Assembly: GCA_964401795.1 (NCBI GenBank)
Contig: CAYNZQ010000005.1
Location: 49,754 to 113,753, forward strand
Origin: an uncultured Citromicrobium sp.
GTDB lineage: Bacteria; Pseudomonadota; Alphaproteobacteria; Sphingomonadales; Sphingomonadaceae
DNA length: 64,000 nucleotides
Reading direction: 5' to 3'
The notes beneath the pieces are model-generated. The model was not told the origin of the DNA. It worked only from the letters and a program-made list of their open reading frames with translations, and did no database searches. Position 1 is the first letter of the stretch, and every line of letters begins with the position of its first letter. Both the position numbers and the translations under genes were made by a program. Shown piece by piece: positions 1-10,272 of this stretch.

Positions 1-46
1 GCGTCGCCTAACTGCGCCGCTCCCACGCAGCGCTGCTGCGGTTTGC

Positions 47-123
<77 letters not shown>

Positions 124-142
124 TTTCCCCCGTGAAATGGTA

Positions 143-925
143 TCAGTTCTGGTGCGAAGGGCAGTAATAGGCCGTTCGCCCGCCGACTTTCTTGCTCTCT
201 ATGGTCCCGCCGCAGCGAGGACACTTCGCGCCCTTCTTGCGGTTGCGTACCAGCCAGTCCTCCGGCAGCTTCGAATAGGTCGCCTCGGTCTCCAGGACGG
301 TCCGCAGGATGTCCTCCATCGCGTCGTAGGTCGCGGACAGGCACGCCTCGTCCAGATCCTTCGCCGTGCGTTCCGGATCGATGCCCATGCGATAGTCGAT
401 CTCGTCCGACCACAGGTTGCCGATCCCGGCGAGCTTCTTCTGGCTCATCAGCGCGGATTTGATCGCGCCATTGGTGCCGCCGATGCGGTCGACGAAATCC
501 TGCCGGGTGATCTTCAGCGCGTCGGGGCCGTATCCGCCTTGCTCGATGAATGCCTGCGGGTCCTCCACCACCTTCACCATTCCCAGCTTGCGCGGGCAGC
601 GGAAGGCGAGGCGCCGGTCGCCTTCGAACCGGATCAGGAACTTGGTGTAGTTGGGCGGGTCCGCCGGCGCGTCGAACGCCACCAGCTTGCCCGTCATGCC
701 GAGGTGCACGACCATCCACGGACCGGACTTCGATCCGGCGAAGATGAACTTCCCGTGCCGGTCGGTCTGCGTGAACTGGTGCCCGACCAGCCGCCCGCGC
801 TCGTTGGCGCCGGGCAGGTCGATGTAGCCGGTGTCGCTGCCAAGCTCGGCCGCTTCTATCGTCCGATTGAGGCAATTGCGCTCGATCACGAGGCGCATGG
901 CATCGGATTCGGGGAGCTCGGGCAC
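143..925 (-). CDS. Fpg/Nei-family DNA glycosylase (formamidopyrimidine-DNA glycosylase-like)
   Basis: C-terminal part of ORF 143..1213. GTG at 925 gives N-terminus (M)PELPES, the Fpg catalytic P2/E3 signature, and is preceded by AAGGAGA. H2TH region KKLAGIGNLWSDE and C-terminal zinc finger CPRCGG...YYCP. Confidence 0.8.
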   Translation of the reverse strand: MPELPESDAMRLVIERNCLNRTIEAAELGSDTGYIDLPGANERGRLVGHQFTQTDRHGKFIFAGSKSGPWMVVHLGMTGKLVAFDAPADPPNYTKFLIRFEGDRRLAFRCPRKLGMVKVVEDPQAFIEQGGYGPDALKITRQDFVDRIGGTNGAIKSALMSQKKLAGIGNLWSDEIDYRMGIDPERTAKDLDEACLSATYDAMEDILRTVLETEATYSKLPEDWLVRNRKKGAKCPRCGGTIESKKVGGRTAYYCPSHQN

Positions 926-981
926 GCAGGTTCTCCTTCGCGCATCAACGCTACGGAGAATTCGCGCGTTCCCGCGCTGGG

Positions 982-1197
982 TCAGGGGCCCGGGGGCGTT
1001 TCCATCCAGATGAGGAAGCGGCGCAGCGGCAGCAGCCAGATCGTGCCCAGGACTACGTAAACGACGGTCTGGACCAGCACCGGCCAGTCGCCGATCCAAT
1101 CCGGAACGAACCCCGCGACGAGGACGGCATAGACCAGCAGGGCGACGAGCAGGCCGAGGATACCGACGGGAATGCGCCAGGTAGGATCGCGTCTCAT
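982..1197 (-). CDS. small two-TM membrane protein (DUF2842-like)
   Basis: MRRDPTWRIPVGILGLLVALLVYAVLVAGF...VVYVVLGTIWLLPLRRFLIWME. ATG 1197 overlaps the stop of the upstream cycloligase gene (ATGA). Confidence 0.6.
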   Translation of the reverse strand: MRRDPTWRIPVGILGLLVALLVYAVLVAGFVPDWIGDWPVLVQTVVYVVLGTIWLLPLRRFLIWMETPPGP

Positions 1198-1784
1198 GCG
1201 AAAGGCCCGACAAGCCGCGTCGGCGTCAGTACTGCGTGCAGGGGGGCGTCGTGGGGCTCGGTCGGCAGGTCGTCCACCTCCTGAATATCCCAGGCGAGCC
1301 CGATGGGCAGCGTGTCGGGATGGCTGGCCAGCCATCGGTCGTAATGCCCCGCCCCCTGGCCGATTCGATCGCCCGACAGAGTGAAGCCCAGCAGGGGAAC
1401 CAGCGCCACGTCGGGCACCACCGCTTGCGCCGTAGCGAGCGGTTGCGCCTGGCCGAACGGGCCGGGCTCCAGATCGGTTTCGCCGAAGGGATCGGTATGG
1501 ACCGCGAATTCCATTGCACTGTCCCGCGTCGCGAAACGCGGCAGCGCGATCGGATAGCCGTTTTCGGAGAACCAGCGGGCGAGCCGCTGGGCCGGGACCT
1601 CGTTCGCCATAGCGTGATACAGGCCGACCGTCGCCCCGTGTTGGAACAGCGAAAGCAGCGCGTTGGGCGGCCGGAACAGGATCAGCGCGCGTTCCGCCGG
1701 CGACAGAGCGCCCGCGGCCTTGCGGCGCAATTGCCGCAACTCGTTACGCAATTGCGCCTTCCGCTCGCCTGGCGATAGCGTCAA
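1194..1784 (-). CDS. 5-formyltetrahydrofolate cyclo-ligase
   Basis: ORF 1194..1847 has family motifs (ALPRF, LVPLLGFTLSGDRIGQGAGHYDR). I prefer TTG 1784 (preceded by AGGAAGAG) because the ATG at 1847 would run into the predicted 6S RNA. Start uncertain. Confidence 0.75.
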   Translation of the reverse strand: MTLSPGERKAQLRNELRQLRRKAAGALSPAERALILFRPPNALLSLFQHGATVGLYHAMANEVPAQRLARWFSENGYPIALPRFATRDSAMEFAVHTDPFGETDLEPGPFGQAQPLATAQAVVPDVALVPLLGFTLSGDRIGQGAGHYDRWLASHPDTLPIGLAWDIQEVDDLPTEPHDAPLHAVLTPTRLVGPFA

Positions 1785-1849
1785 ACCTGTCTCTTCCTGG
1801 TGTGGGCGCAAGCTGCTGCGCGAATGGTGGAGTGGCGGAACCACCATGG

Positions 1850-2030
1850 GCCGTTGTCCGGGAAATCCTCTGACGCCAAAACGTCAGGTGGGCGCCGTAA
1901 TGCCCCGGTCCCCAGGACGAACCCGTGTTCCAGGACAGGGACGGCTCCCTTGGATTGCTTATAGCCTCAGGGATATTCAGTCGGCTCGCGTACCGGGCAG
2001 TCCCGCCGACCTTCATGTAAGATGCGACTG
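1850..2030 (-). ncRNA. ssrS: probable 6S RNA
   Basis: ~190-nt ORF-free gap between zapA and the cycloligase (ygfA-type) gene on the same strand, the conserved zapA-ssrS-ygfA synteny. The sequence is rich in imperfect long-range complementarity and has an internal hairpin CTGACG-TTTTGG-CGTCAG. Ends are approximate and not verified with a covariance model. Confidence 0.5.
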
Positions 2031-2038
2031 CCCCGGGC

Positions 2039-2473
2039 TCAAGCGTTTCGCGCGTGGAGTTTCACGGCGCAGTCTTCCAGCAGCGCGGCGAAGCGTTCCA
2101 GGGCCGGGGCGAGATCGTACGCATCGCCTGCGGCCTTGTTCGATCCGAACAGGTCGGCGGGGCCGGCGGCACGCTCCGCTTCCAGCCGTGTGACGGTCTC
2201 GCGCAAGGCGGCAATCTCCGCCTCGGCGTCCTGCGCGGCGGCCTTCAGCGTTTCGACCTCGCGCGCGCTATCGGCGCTCCGTTCGGCCGAGATTTCGTCG
2301 AGTTCGTCGGCGAGCTGCAGCGCCGCGAACAAAAGGTTGGTCGAATAGCGCGGGGCGAGCTGGGCGAACTTTCCATCGATCCGCCGGGCCAGCGCGCGCA
2401 CATGATCTTCTTCGCCGGTGGTGCAGGCGACGGAGAAGATGCGCCCGCCCACCTTCAGAGTGATCTCGCTCAT
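2039..2473 (-). CDS. zapA: cell division protein ZapA
   Basis: MSEITLKVGGRIFSVACTTGEEDHVRALARRIDGKF... N-terminal ZapA fold pattern followed by a coiled-coil tail. Confidence 0.85.
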   Translation of the reverse strand: MSEITLKVGGRIFSVACTTGEEDHVRALARRIDGKFAQLAPRYSTNLLFAALQLADELDEISAERSADSAREVETLKAAAQDAEAEIAALRETVTRLEAERAAGPADLFGSNKAAGDAYDLAPALERFAALLEDCAVKLHARNA

Positions 2474-2706
2474 CTGTCCAGCCTCGCGATGACGGCGTCG
2501 AGCCGTTCGAGCTGCGCCGTCACCTGGGCGCGCAGGGCCTCGTGTCGCTCGCCCAGCGCCTCGTGCGCCTCGACCAGCTGCGCCAGGCCGGGAGCGGCGT
2601 CGTCCGACGATCCGGCCTGGTCTGCCGGTCGCTCCGCCGCTTCCGCAATGCGGGCCAGCGCCCGTTCGATGCGCTGAACCGCCTGTTCGATCCGTTGCCC
2701 TGTCAT
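2470..2706 (-). CDS. small coiled-coil protein (DUF4164-like), upstream of zapA
   Basis: Last 78 codons of shadow ORF 2470..5052, starting at ATG 2706 (MTGQRIEQAVQRIERALARI...). Heptad-rich. Its stop overlaps the zapA start (ATGA). Confidence 0.6.
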   Translation of the reverse strand: MTGQRIEQAVQRIERALARIAEAAERPADQAGSSDDAAPGLAQLVEAHEALGERHEALRAQVTAQLERLDAVIARLDR

Positions 2707-2904
2707 GATGCGGTCTTTTCTAGAGCGATTTCGTGCATCGGCAAAGTCTTGGCGCGGGCTGTTGATAAGTGCTGCGACCGCGGAGCCGGGGCGGCGTGGG
2801 CGAACGGCCTCGCCTTGACCTGAACCGGCGCCTCCGCGATGGCTTGCGCGCCGACGAATCGCGCGAAACCGGCGCGTGTGCGCGAAGGAGCCCGAACAAT
2901 CGCG

Positions 2905-4878
2905 ATGACCCACGATCCCGCCCGTCTCCAGCAAATGGCCAATGCCGTCCGCGCCCTGTCGATGGACGCCGTCGAGGCGGCGAATTCCGGCCACCCCGGC
3001 ATGCCGATGGGCATGGCCGACGTCGCGACGGTGCTGTGGACCGAATTCCTGAAGCACGACCCCGCCGACCCGCACTGGGCCGACCGCGACCGCTTCGTGC
3101 TGAGCGCGGGCCACGGTTCGATGCTGATCTACAGCCTGCTGCATCTGGCGGGCTATGACCGGCCGACGATCGACGACATCCGCAATTTTCGGCAACTCGG
3201 CAGCCCGTGCGCGGGGCATCCCGAAAACTTCCTGCTCGATGGCGTCGAATGCACGACCGGCCCGCTGGGGCAGGGGCTGGCGATGGCCGTGGGCATGGCC
3301 ATGGCGGAACGGCACCTGAACGCCGTCTTCGGCGACGAGTTGGTCGATCACCGGACCTGGGTGATTGCCGGCGACGGCTGCCTTATGGAAGGCATCAATC
3401 ACGAGGCGATCGGCCTTGCCGGCCATCTCGGCCTGGACCGCCTGGTGGTCCTGTGGGACGACAACAACATCACCATCGACGGCGCGACCGATCTTTCGAC
3501 GTGCGAGGACATTCCGGCGCGCTATCGAGCCGCCGGGTGGGCGACGCTTGAGTGCGAAGGGCACGATTTCGCCGACATCCGCCGCGCGCTCGGCGAGGCG
3601 AAGGCGGGCGACAAGCCGGTGCTGGTCCGCTGCCGTACGGTGATCGGGAAGGGCGCCCCCAACAAGCAGGGAACGAGCGCGACCCACGGCGCGCCGCTGG
3701 GTGCGGACGAGGTCGCCGCGGCCCGCGCAACGCTGGGCTGGGATCACCCCACGTTCGAGGTGCCCGAGGCGATCCGCTCCGACTGGCGCGAGGCCTGTGC
3801 GGCGCGCGCCGCCGAGCACAAGGGATGGGCGCAGCGCCTCTCCGCCCATCCGGCGAAGGCCGAGTTTGAGCGGCGGATGGCGGGCGACCTGCCCGAAGGC
3901 ACGGGTATCGCAGACCAGTTTGCGCAATGGCTGGAACAGGACCAGAAGGTCGCCACCCGCAAGGCCTCCGAGATGACGCTGTCGGTCCTGACCGCCGCCA
4001 TACCCGACCTGATCGGCGGATCCGCCGACCTCACCGGTTCGAACAACACCAAGACCGCATCGACCCAGCCGTTTACCGCCGACACCTACGATGGGCGCTA
4101 CGTCTATTACGGCATCCGCGAATTCGGCATGGCGGCCGCGATGAACGGCATGGCGCTGCATGGCGGCATCATCCCCTATGGCGGCACCTTCCTGATCTTC
4201 AGCGATTATGCCCGCAACGCGATCCGCCTCGCCGCGCTGCAGAAGGCGCGCTCGATCTTCGTGCTGACGCATGACAGCATCGGGTTGGGCGAAGATGGCC
4301 CGACGCACCAGCCGGTGGAGCAGGTGATGAGCCTGCGCCTGATCCCCAACCTCAACGTGTTCCGCCCTGCCGACATCATCGAGACGGCCGAATGCTGGAT
4401 GCTGGCGTTGCGCGATGAGGATACCCCGTCCGCGCTGTGCCTGACCCGGCAGGGGCTGCCGCAATTGCGGCACGACGGCGACATGCTGTGTGCAAAGGGC
4501 GCCTACCGGATGAAGGCCGCGCAGGGGGAACGGCGGGTCGTGATCGTCGCCACCGGTTCGGAAGTCGCGCTGGCTGTGGCCTGCGCCGAGCGGCTGGAGC
4601 AGGACGGAGTGGGCGCGGACGTCGTTTCCATGCCGTGCATGGAATTGTTCGAGGCGCAGGACGCGGCCTATCGCGAAGATGTGCTTCCGTCCGACGTGCT
4701 GAAGGTCTCGATCGAGGCAGGCGCCACCCTGGGGTGGGAGCGCCATGTCGGGCGCGACGGCATCACCATCGGGCTCGACCGGTTCGGGGCATCGGCCCCG
4801 GCCGGCGATCTGTTTGCGCATTTCGGTTTCACGGCGGACGCGATCGTTCCGCAAATCATGAACAAGCTCAACAGCTAA
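2905..4878 (+). CDS. tkt: transketolase
   Basis: MTHDPARLQQMANAVRALSMDAVEAANSGHPGMPMGMADV..., TPP motif GDGCLMEGINHEA. Start at ATG 2905 within ORF 2839..4878. Confidence 0.95.
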   Translation: MTHDPARLQQMANAVRALSMDAVEAANSGHPGMPMGMADVATVLWTEFLKHDPADPHWADRDRFVLSAGHGSMLIYSLLHLAGYDRPTIDDIRNFRQLGSPCAGHPENFLLDGVECTTGPLGQGLAMAVGMAMAERHLNAVFGDELVDHRTWVIAGDGCLMEGINHEAIGLAGHLGLDRLVVLWDDNNITIDGATDLSTCEDIPARYRAAGWATLECEGHDFADIRRALGEAKAGDKPVLVRCRTVIGKGAPNKQGTSATHGAPLGADEVAAARATLGWDHPTFEVPEAIRSDWREACAARAAEHKGWAQRLSAHPAKAEFERRMAGDLPEGTGIADQFAQWLEQDQKVATRKASEMTLSVLTAAIPDLIGGSADLTGSNNTKTASTQPFTADTYDGRYVYYGIREFGMAAAMNGMALHGGIIPYGGTFLIFSDYARNAIRLAALQKARSIFVLTHDSIGLGEDGPTHQPVEQVMSLRLIPNLNVFRPADIIETAECWMLALRDEDTPSALCLTRQGLPQLRHDGDMLCAKGAYRMKAAQGERRVVIVATGSEVALAVACAERLEQDGVGADVVSMPCMELFEAQDAAYREDVLPSDVLKVSIEAGATLGWERHVGRDGITIGLDRFGASAPAGDLFAHFGFTADAIVPQIMNKLNS

Positions 4879-4893
4879 GCAGGAGTTCTTCCC

Positions 4894-5901
4894 ATGGCGA
4901 CGAAGGTTGCAATCAACGGTTTCGGACGGATCGGTCGCCTCGTGGCGCGGGCCTTGCTGGAACGTGACGACCACGATCTCGACCTCGTCGCGATCAACGA
5001 TCTCGCCGACGCGGAGGCGAATGCGCTGCTGTTCCAGTACGACAGCACGCATGGCCGCTTCCCCGGCACCGTCTCGGTCGAAGGCAGCGCCATCGTCGTC
5101 AACGGCAAGCGCATCGCCGTGACCAGCGAACGCGAACCCGGCAAGCTACCGCACGGCGAGATGGGCGTCGAACTGGTGCTGGAATGCACCGGCTTCTTCC
5201 AGTCCGACGAGGCTGCGCGCCCCCATATCGATGCGGGTGCGAAGAAGGTGCTGATCTCCGCCCCGGCGAAGGGTGTGTCGAAGACCATCGTGTTCGGCGT
5301 CAACCAGGACAGCCTGACCGCAGCCGACGACATCGTCTCCAACGCCAGCTGCACCACCAATTGCCTCGCCCCGGTGGCGAAGGTGCTGAACGACACGGTG
5401 GGGATCGAGCGCGGTTTCATGACCACGATCCACTCCTACACCAACGACCAGCGCATGCTCGACCAGATGCACAAGGACATGCGCCGGGCGCGCGGCGGGG
5501 CGCAGAACATGATCCCCACCACGACCGGCGCCGCGCGTGCGGTGGGGCTGGTGCTGCCCGAACTCAACGGCAAGCTGGACGGTTCGTCCGTCCGCGTACC
5601 CACGCCCAACGTCTCGCTGATCGACCTCGTCTTCACGCCGGGCCGCGACACTTCGGCGGAGGAGCTGAACGAGGCGCTGAAGGCAGCCTCGCAGGGCGCG
5701 ATGCGCGGCGTGCTTGATTACACCGACCAGCCGCTGGTTTCGTCGGACTTCAATCACTACCCGGCCAGCTCGACCGTCGATTCGCTCGAAACGGCGGTTC
5801 TGGAAGGTAAGCTGGCGCGCGTCGTCAGCTGGTACGACAACGAATGGGGCTTCTCCAACCGGATGCTCGACACTGCCGGTGTCATGGCGGGCCTGCTCTG
5901 A
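4894..5901 (+). CDS. gap: type I glyceraldehyde-3-phosphate dehydrogenase
   Basis: [15 protein letters not shown]..., active-site [12 protein letters not shown]. Confidence 0.95.
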   Translation: MATKVAINGFGRIGRLVARALLERDDHDLDLVAINDLADAEANALLFQYDSTHGRFPGTVSVEGSAIVVNGKRIAVTSEREPGKLPHGEMGVELVLECTGFFQSDEAARPHIDAGAKKVLISAPAKGVSKTIVFGVNQDSLTAADDIVSNASCTTNCLAPVAKVLNDTVGIERGFMTTIHSYTNDQRMLDQMHKDMRRARGGAQNMIPTTTGAARAVGLVLPELNGKLDGSSVRVPTPNVSLIDLVFTPGRDTSAEELNEALKAASQGAMRGVLDYTDQPLVSSDFNHYPASSTVDSLETAVLEGKLARVVSWYDNEWGFSNRMLDTAGVMAGLL

Positions 5902-6365
5902 TGGAAACGGCCGGGCGCCTTGCGGGGATCGCCCGGCACGACCGCCCCGGCGGTCCGATCGAGACGGCGGATGCGGGCGAGGTCACGGCGAAGGCCGGCC
6001 TTGTCGGCGATCACCGCGGCGCGCTGCGTGGTAGCCCGTGGAAGCGCCAGCTTTCGCTGATCGAGGCGGACGGGTTCGCCGCCGCGCGCGACGAGGTGGG
6101 GGCGAGCAATCTGCGCTGGTACGACACGCGGCGCAATCTTCTGGTCGAGGGCGTGCGCCTCCCCCGAAGGGCGGGGGCGCGCCTGCGGATCGGCCCCGAT
6201 TGCGTGATCGAAATCACCGACGAATGCACCCCGTGCCAGCGGATGGATGGTCTGCACGACGGATTGCAGGCCGCCCTTCGGCCCGACTGGCGGGGCGGTT
6301 TTCTGGCAAAGGTAATCGCCGATGGCGCCATCGCGCTCGGCGACGAAATCAGGATCGAGACATGA
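5901..6365 (+). CDS. MOSC domain-containing protein
   Basis: ATG 5901 overlaps the gap stop (TGATG). Contains ...GDHRGA...[10 protein letters not shown]...[20 protein letters not shown]..., with the conserved Cys of MOSC domains. Confidence 0.7.
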   Translation: METAGRLAGIARHDRPGGPIETADAGEVTAKAGLVGDHRGALRGSPWKRQLSLIEADGFAAARDEVGASNLRWYDTRRNLLVEGVRLPRRAGARLRIGPDCVIEITDECTPCQRMDGLHDGLQAALRPDWRGGFLAKVIADGAIALGDEIRIET

Positions 6366-7561
6366 CGCAATTCAAGACACTGGACGACCTGGGCGATGTC
6401 GCGGGCAAGGTCGCGCTGGTCCGCGTGGACCTCAACCTGCCCATGCACGACGGGTCGGCGACCGACGTGACCCGGGTGGAGGCGGCGAAGCCGACCATCC
6501 TCGAACTGTCTGAAAAAGGCGCGAAGGTCCTGCTGCTCGCGCATTTCGGGCGGCCGAAGGGTCAGCGCTCGTCCACCCTGTCGACCAGCTTCGTGCAGGG
6601 CGATGTGGAAAAGGTGATCGGCAAGGAGATCATGTTCATCCCCGAGGTCATGGGCCCGGTGGTGGAACAGTCGATCGGCATTCTCGACAATGGCGATATC
6701 GGCCTGCTCGACAATGTCCGCTTCTGGCCGGGAGAGGAGGCGAACGACCCCGATTTCGCGAAGGGGATCGCGGCCCATGGCGATTTCTACGTCAACGACG
6801 CGTTTTCCGCCGCGCACCGCGCCCATGCCAGCACCGAGGGGCTGGCACATCTGCTGCCCGCCTATGCCGGCCGCGCGATGGAAGCCGAACTGAAGGCGCT
6901 GGATGCCGCGCTCGGCAGCCCGGAAACGCCGGTCGCGGCGGTCGTGGGCGGGGCGAAGGTCTCGACCAAGCTGGAGGTGCTGGAAAACCTGGTCGGCCGG
7001 GTGCAGCATCTGATCATTGGCGGCGGCATGGCGAACACCTTCCTCGCCGCGCGCGGGGTCGATGTCGGCAAGTCGCTGTGCGAGCACGACCTGACCGATA
7101 CCGCCAATCGCATCATGGACCAGGCCGACCATGCCGGATGCACCGTCCACCTGCCCTACGACGTGGTCGTGGCGAAGGAATTCGCGCCCAATCCCGCGTC
7201 CTTGCACACCTGCAACGTGCACGAGGTGGATGCCGACGAGATGATTCTCGATATCGGGCCGCAGGCGGTCGAGGCGCTGGCCGACGTGCTGAAGACGTGC
7301 CGGACGCTGGTATGGAACGGGCCGCTCGGCGCATTCGAGACGCCTCCGTTCGACGAAGCGACCGTGAAGCTCGCGAAGACCGCCGCGGCGCTGACGCAGG
7401 ACGGCTCGCTGGTTTCCGTTGCGGGCGGCGGCGACACGGTGGCCGCGCTCAACCAGGCCGGCGTGGCGGGGGACTTCACCTATGTCTCCACCGCTGGCGG
7501 CGCCTTCCTCGAATGGATGGAGGGCAAGCCGTTGCCGGGTGTGGAGGCGCTGAAAGCGTGA
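6362..7561 (+). CDS. pgk: phosphoglycerate kinase
   Basis: [28 protein letters not shown]..., ...[16 protein letters not shown]..., GGGDT. ATG 6362 overlaps the MOSC stop. Confidence 0.95.
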   Translation: MTQFKTLDDLGDVAGKVALVRVDLNLPMHDGSATDVTRVEAAKPTILELSEKGAKVLLLAHFGRPKGQRSSTLSTSFVQGDVEKVIGKEIMFIPEVMGPVVEQSIGILDNGDIGLLDNVRFWPGEEANDPDFAKGIAAHGDFYVNDAFSAAHRAHASTEGLAHLLPAYAGRAMEAELKALDAALGSPETPVAAVVGGAKVSTKLEVLENLVGRVQHLIIGGGMANTFLAARGVDVGKSLCEHDLTDTANRIMDQADHAGCTVHLPYDVVVAKEFAPNPASLHTCNVHEVDADEMILDIGPQAVEALADVLKTCRTLVWNGPLGAFETPPFDEATVKLAKTAAALTQDGSLVSVAGGGDTVAALNQAGVAGDFTYVSTAGGAFLEWMEGKPLPGVEALKA

Positions 7562-7992
7562 GCGCGGACAGCTTGCTGATCACCGAAGGCGAATTCGCTG
7601 GCTGGGAACGCTGGGACGGCGATAATTTCGAGCGTTACTCGGGCCCCTATTACGAGCGGGTCGAACCCGACGGGCGTCGCCGCATCGCGTTCCGCGCGGA
7701 GGCGCGCCACATGAACGGACACGGCGCCATGCATGGCGGCTGTCTGATGAGCTTCGCCGACGCAGCGCTGTTCACCATCAGTCACGAGGCGCGGGCGGGA
7801 CAGCGCGGCGTCACCATGCAGCTCGGCGGCGACTTCCTCGCGCCGGTGCCGCCGGGCGCCTGGGTGGAGGCGAGCGGCGAGGTCGTGCGCGGGGGCGGCA
7901 AGACCATCTTCGTGCGCGGGATCGTGACCGCGGACGATGTCGCCGCTCTGCGTTTCAACGGCATCGTGCGCCGGATCGCCGCTCGCGACTGA
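7558..7992 (+). CDS. PaaI-family (hotdog-fold) thioesterase
   Basis: GTG 7558 overlaps the pgk stop (GTGA). Contains [21 protein letters not shown]... typical of PaaI/YbgC-like thioesterases. Confidence 0.7.
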   Translation: MSADSLLITEGEFAGWERWDGDNFERYSGPYYERVEPDGRRRIAFRAEARHMNGHGAMHGGCLMSFADAALFTISHEARAGQRGVTMQLGGDFLAPVPPGAWVEASGEVVRGGGKTIFVRGIVTADDVAALRFNGIVRRIAARD

Positions 7993-8002
7993 GCCGGTTT
8001 GG

Positions 8003-8761
8003 TCAGCGGTATTCCGGATTGGGCGCGTCGAACCGGCGCCCTTCGTTCCACAGGTCGACCGAATTGCCGTGGCACGGGATGCCGCCCGCACCCTTCAGCA
8101 CGCGTGCGAGGTGCATCAGGTTCCAGGTCATGAACGTCGTGTTTCGGCGGGTGAAATCGTTGTCGAAGCCGACATAGCCGTCGCCGTCGTCCCGCGGATC
8201 GCCATAGCTCGGCCCCGGACCCGCTTCCCCGATCCAACCCGCATCGGCTTGCGGCGGGATGGTGTAGCCGACATGCTGCAGCGAATAGAGCACGTCGCGC
8301 CCAACCGCCTTGATGCCGTCCTCGTTTCCGGTGACGATGCACCCGCCGACCTTGCCGTAGAAGACGTATTGCCCGCGGTCGTTGGTCTGACCCGAATGGG
8401 CGTAGAGCCGTTCGATCAGGCGTGAGCAGACCGAGCTTTTCTGGCCGAGCCAGATCGGCGTTCCGACGATCAGGATGTCAGCTGCCGCCACCTTTTCCCA
8501 GATGCGCGGCCAGTCGTCGGTGTCGACCCCCTGCTCCGTCATGTCGGGATAGACGCCGGGCGCGACGTCGTGATCGACCAGCCGGACCTGTTCCAGCGCG
8601 ACGGCGTTGCGCACCAGGATGGCTTCGGCGACGCCCATCAGTTTCGCGGTGTGCGAGCCCTGCGGCGAGGGTTTGAGCGTGCAATTGATGGTCAGAGCCT
8701 TCAGATCGCTGAAATCGGTGGTATTTTCGGCGCAAAGCCGCTCTTGCGTGTCGTCGAGCAT
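8003..8761 (-). CDS. flavodoxin-like NAD(P)H-dependent FMN reductase family protein
   Basis: LTINCTLKPSP...ADILIVGTPIWLGQKSSVCSRLIERL flavodoxin-like fold signature. Confidence 0.7.
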   Translation of the reverse strand: MLDDTQERLCAENTTDFSDLKALTINCTLKPSPQGSHTAKLMGVAEAILVRNAVALEQVRLVDHDVAPGVYPDMTEQGVDTDDWPRIWEKVAAADILIVGTPIWLGQKSSVCSRLIERLYAHSGQTNDRGQYVFYGKVGGCIVTGNEDGIKAVGRDVLYSLQHVGYTIPPQADAGWIGEAGPGPSYGDPRDDGDGYVGFDNDFTRRNTTFMTWNLMHLARVLKGAGGIPCHGNSVDLWNEGRRFDAPNPEYR

Positions 8762-8890
8762 GGGGTTTCCTTCGGTCGTTCCGTCATCGAACGGTCGGGC
8801 CCCCGATCAAGGTCCTAGGGAGCGGTTGCGGGCCAGGTAAGGGGCGGCTAGGGCGGCGCCTGCATTCGTATGCACGAAGAGGGAATCCGA

Positions 8891-9787
8891 ATGAGCATGA
8901 GTTTCGACGAGATGCGGCAGAAAATGGCCACCGGCAGGGGTTTCATCGCTGCGCTCGACCAGTCGGGCGGCTCCACGCCCAAGGCGCTGCGCGGGTACGG
9001 GGTAGAGGACAGCGAATGGTCGGGCGATGAGGAAATGTTCGCCAAGATCCACGAGATGCGCTGCCGGATCGTCGAAAGTCCCGCCTTTACAGGCGAGAAG
9101 ATTCTGGGCGCGATCTTGTTCGAGCGCACGATGGAGGGCTGCAACCGCGAGGGCATGCCGATACCGGAGCGGCTGCGCAGCAAGGGCATCGTCCCCTTTC
9201 TGAAAGTGGACAAGGGCATGCACGATGCCGAAAACGGTGTGCAGCTGATGAAGGACATGCCGCAGCTGAACGCGCAATGCTCCCGCGCCAAGGAGCTGGG
9301 CGTGTTCGGCACCAAGATGCGCTCCGTCGTGCACGAGGCGAACGAGGACGGTATCGCCGCCAATATCCGCCAGCAGATGGATTTCGGGCTGCAGATCCTC
9401 GACCACGGGCTCGTTCCGATTCTGGAGCCGGAAGTGAGCCTGAAGAGCGAGAGCCGCAAGCAGGCGGAAGCGCTGGTGCTGACGCATCTGCTGGACCAGC
9501 TCGACCGCGTGCCCGACGGCAGCGAAGTGATGTTGAAGCTGACCATTCCGGCCGAACCCGACGTCTACCAGCCGCTGACCCGGCACCCCAAGGTGTTGCG
9601 CGTCGTGGCGCTGTCGGGCGGCTATTCGCGCCCCGAAGCCTGCGCCGAACTGGCGAAGAATTCGGGCATGATCGCCAGCTTCAGCCGCGCGCTGCTGGAG
9701 GAACTGCGCGTGCAGATGGACGACATCCAGTTCGACCAGGCGCTGGAAAATGCGATCGACGAAATCTACGCCGCCTCGGTCGACTGA
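8891..9787 (+). CDS. class I fructose-bisphosphate aldolase
   Basis: GFIAALDQSGGSTPKALRGYG..., LKVDKG (Schiff-base Lys region). ATG 8891 is preferred (GAAGAGGGA upstream); the ORF opens at 8870. Confidence 0.85.
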   Translation: MSMSFDEMRQKMATGRGFIAALDQSGGSTPKALRGYGVEDSEWSGDEEMFAKIHEMRCRIVESPAFTGEKILGAILFERTMEGCNREGMPIPERLRSKGIVPFLKVDKGMHDAENGVQLMKDMPQLNAQCSRAKELGVFGTKMRSVVHEANEDGIAANIRQQMDFGLQILDHGLVPILEPEVSLKSESRKQAEALVLTHLLDQLDRVPDGSEVMLKLTIPAEPDVYQPLTRHPKVLRVVALSGGYSRPEACAELAKNSGMIASFSRALLEELRVQMDDIQFDQALENAIDEIYAASVD

Positions 9788-10195
9788 TCAGGGGCGCGGC
9801 TGATACCCGAAGCGATAGGCCGCGGGGGCGGTTTGTTCCCCCGCGGTCTTTTCAGGCAGCGCGCTGGTCAGCGCGATCTGCCGACCGTGGGTGGCGAAGC
9901 TTTCGCCCAGCGTGAGGTCGGCCGTCTCGCGCCAGCCGGCCCCGTCGATCCGGGTAGTCACGACCACCCGCCCGGCCTGGATGCAGCGCGCGTTCTGCGG
10001 GCAGCGGCTGTCTTCCACCAGTGCCCTGGGCGTCACGACGAGATCGCCGACAGCGACCGCCTGGCCCAGTGCGACCAGCATCCCCTCCGCCGCGACTGGG
10101 CCGTCGACGATCGGGCGGTCGGTCGTGGTGGCGCAGGCTCCCAGCGGAAGGAGCAGCGCGAGCGCGGCGGCGGGGGCGAAAAGGTGCGTGGTCAT
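9788..10195 (-). CDS. hypothetical lipoprotein
   Basis: MTTHLFAPAAALALLLPLGAC lipobox. No recognisable catalytic motif. Confidence 0.55.
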   Translation of the reverse strand: MTTHLFAPAAALALLLPLGACATTTDRPIVDGPVAAEGMLVALGQAVAVGDLVVTPRALVEDSRCPQNARCIQAGRVVVTTRIDGAGWRETADLTLGESFATHGRQIALTSALPEKTAGEQTAPAAYRFGYQPRP

Positions 10196-10272
10196 GGATT
10201 GCATTCTTCGCACCTATGCGAAAACCTGCGATGAACGGTAGCGTTTTCGCCAGCTTCGCCTAGGTCGTTCGC

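Noticed and set aside
2470-5052. 860-aa minus-strand ORF, the longest on that strand in this region
   Set aside because: It runs antisense to transketolase and gap. It has Arg/Gly/Ala/Pro-rich composition with no domain pattern, typical of a GC-driven shadow ORF. Only its last 78 codons (2470-2706, the coiled-coil protein upstream of zapA) look real.
10196-10272. Possible TPP riboswitch upstream of thiE
   Set aside because: The gap is only 77 nt and is shared with a divergent gene. I could not find the conserved CUGAGA / ACCUGAUCUGGAUAAUGCCAGCG-type elements.
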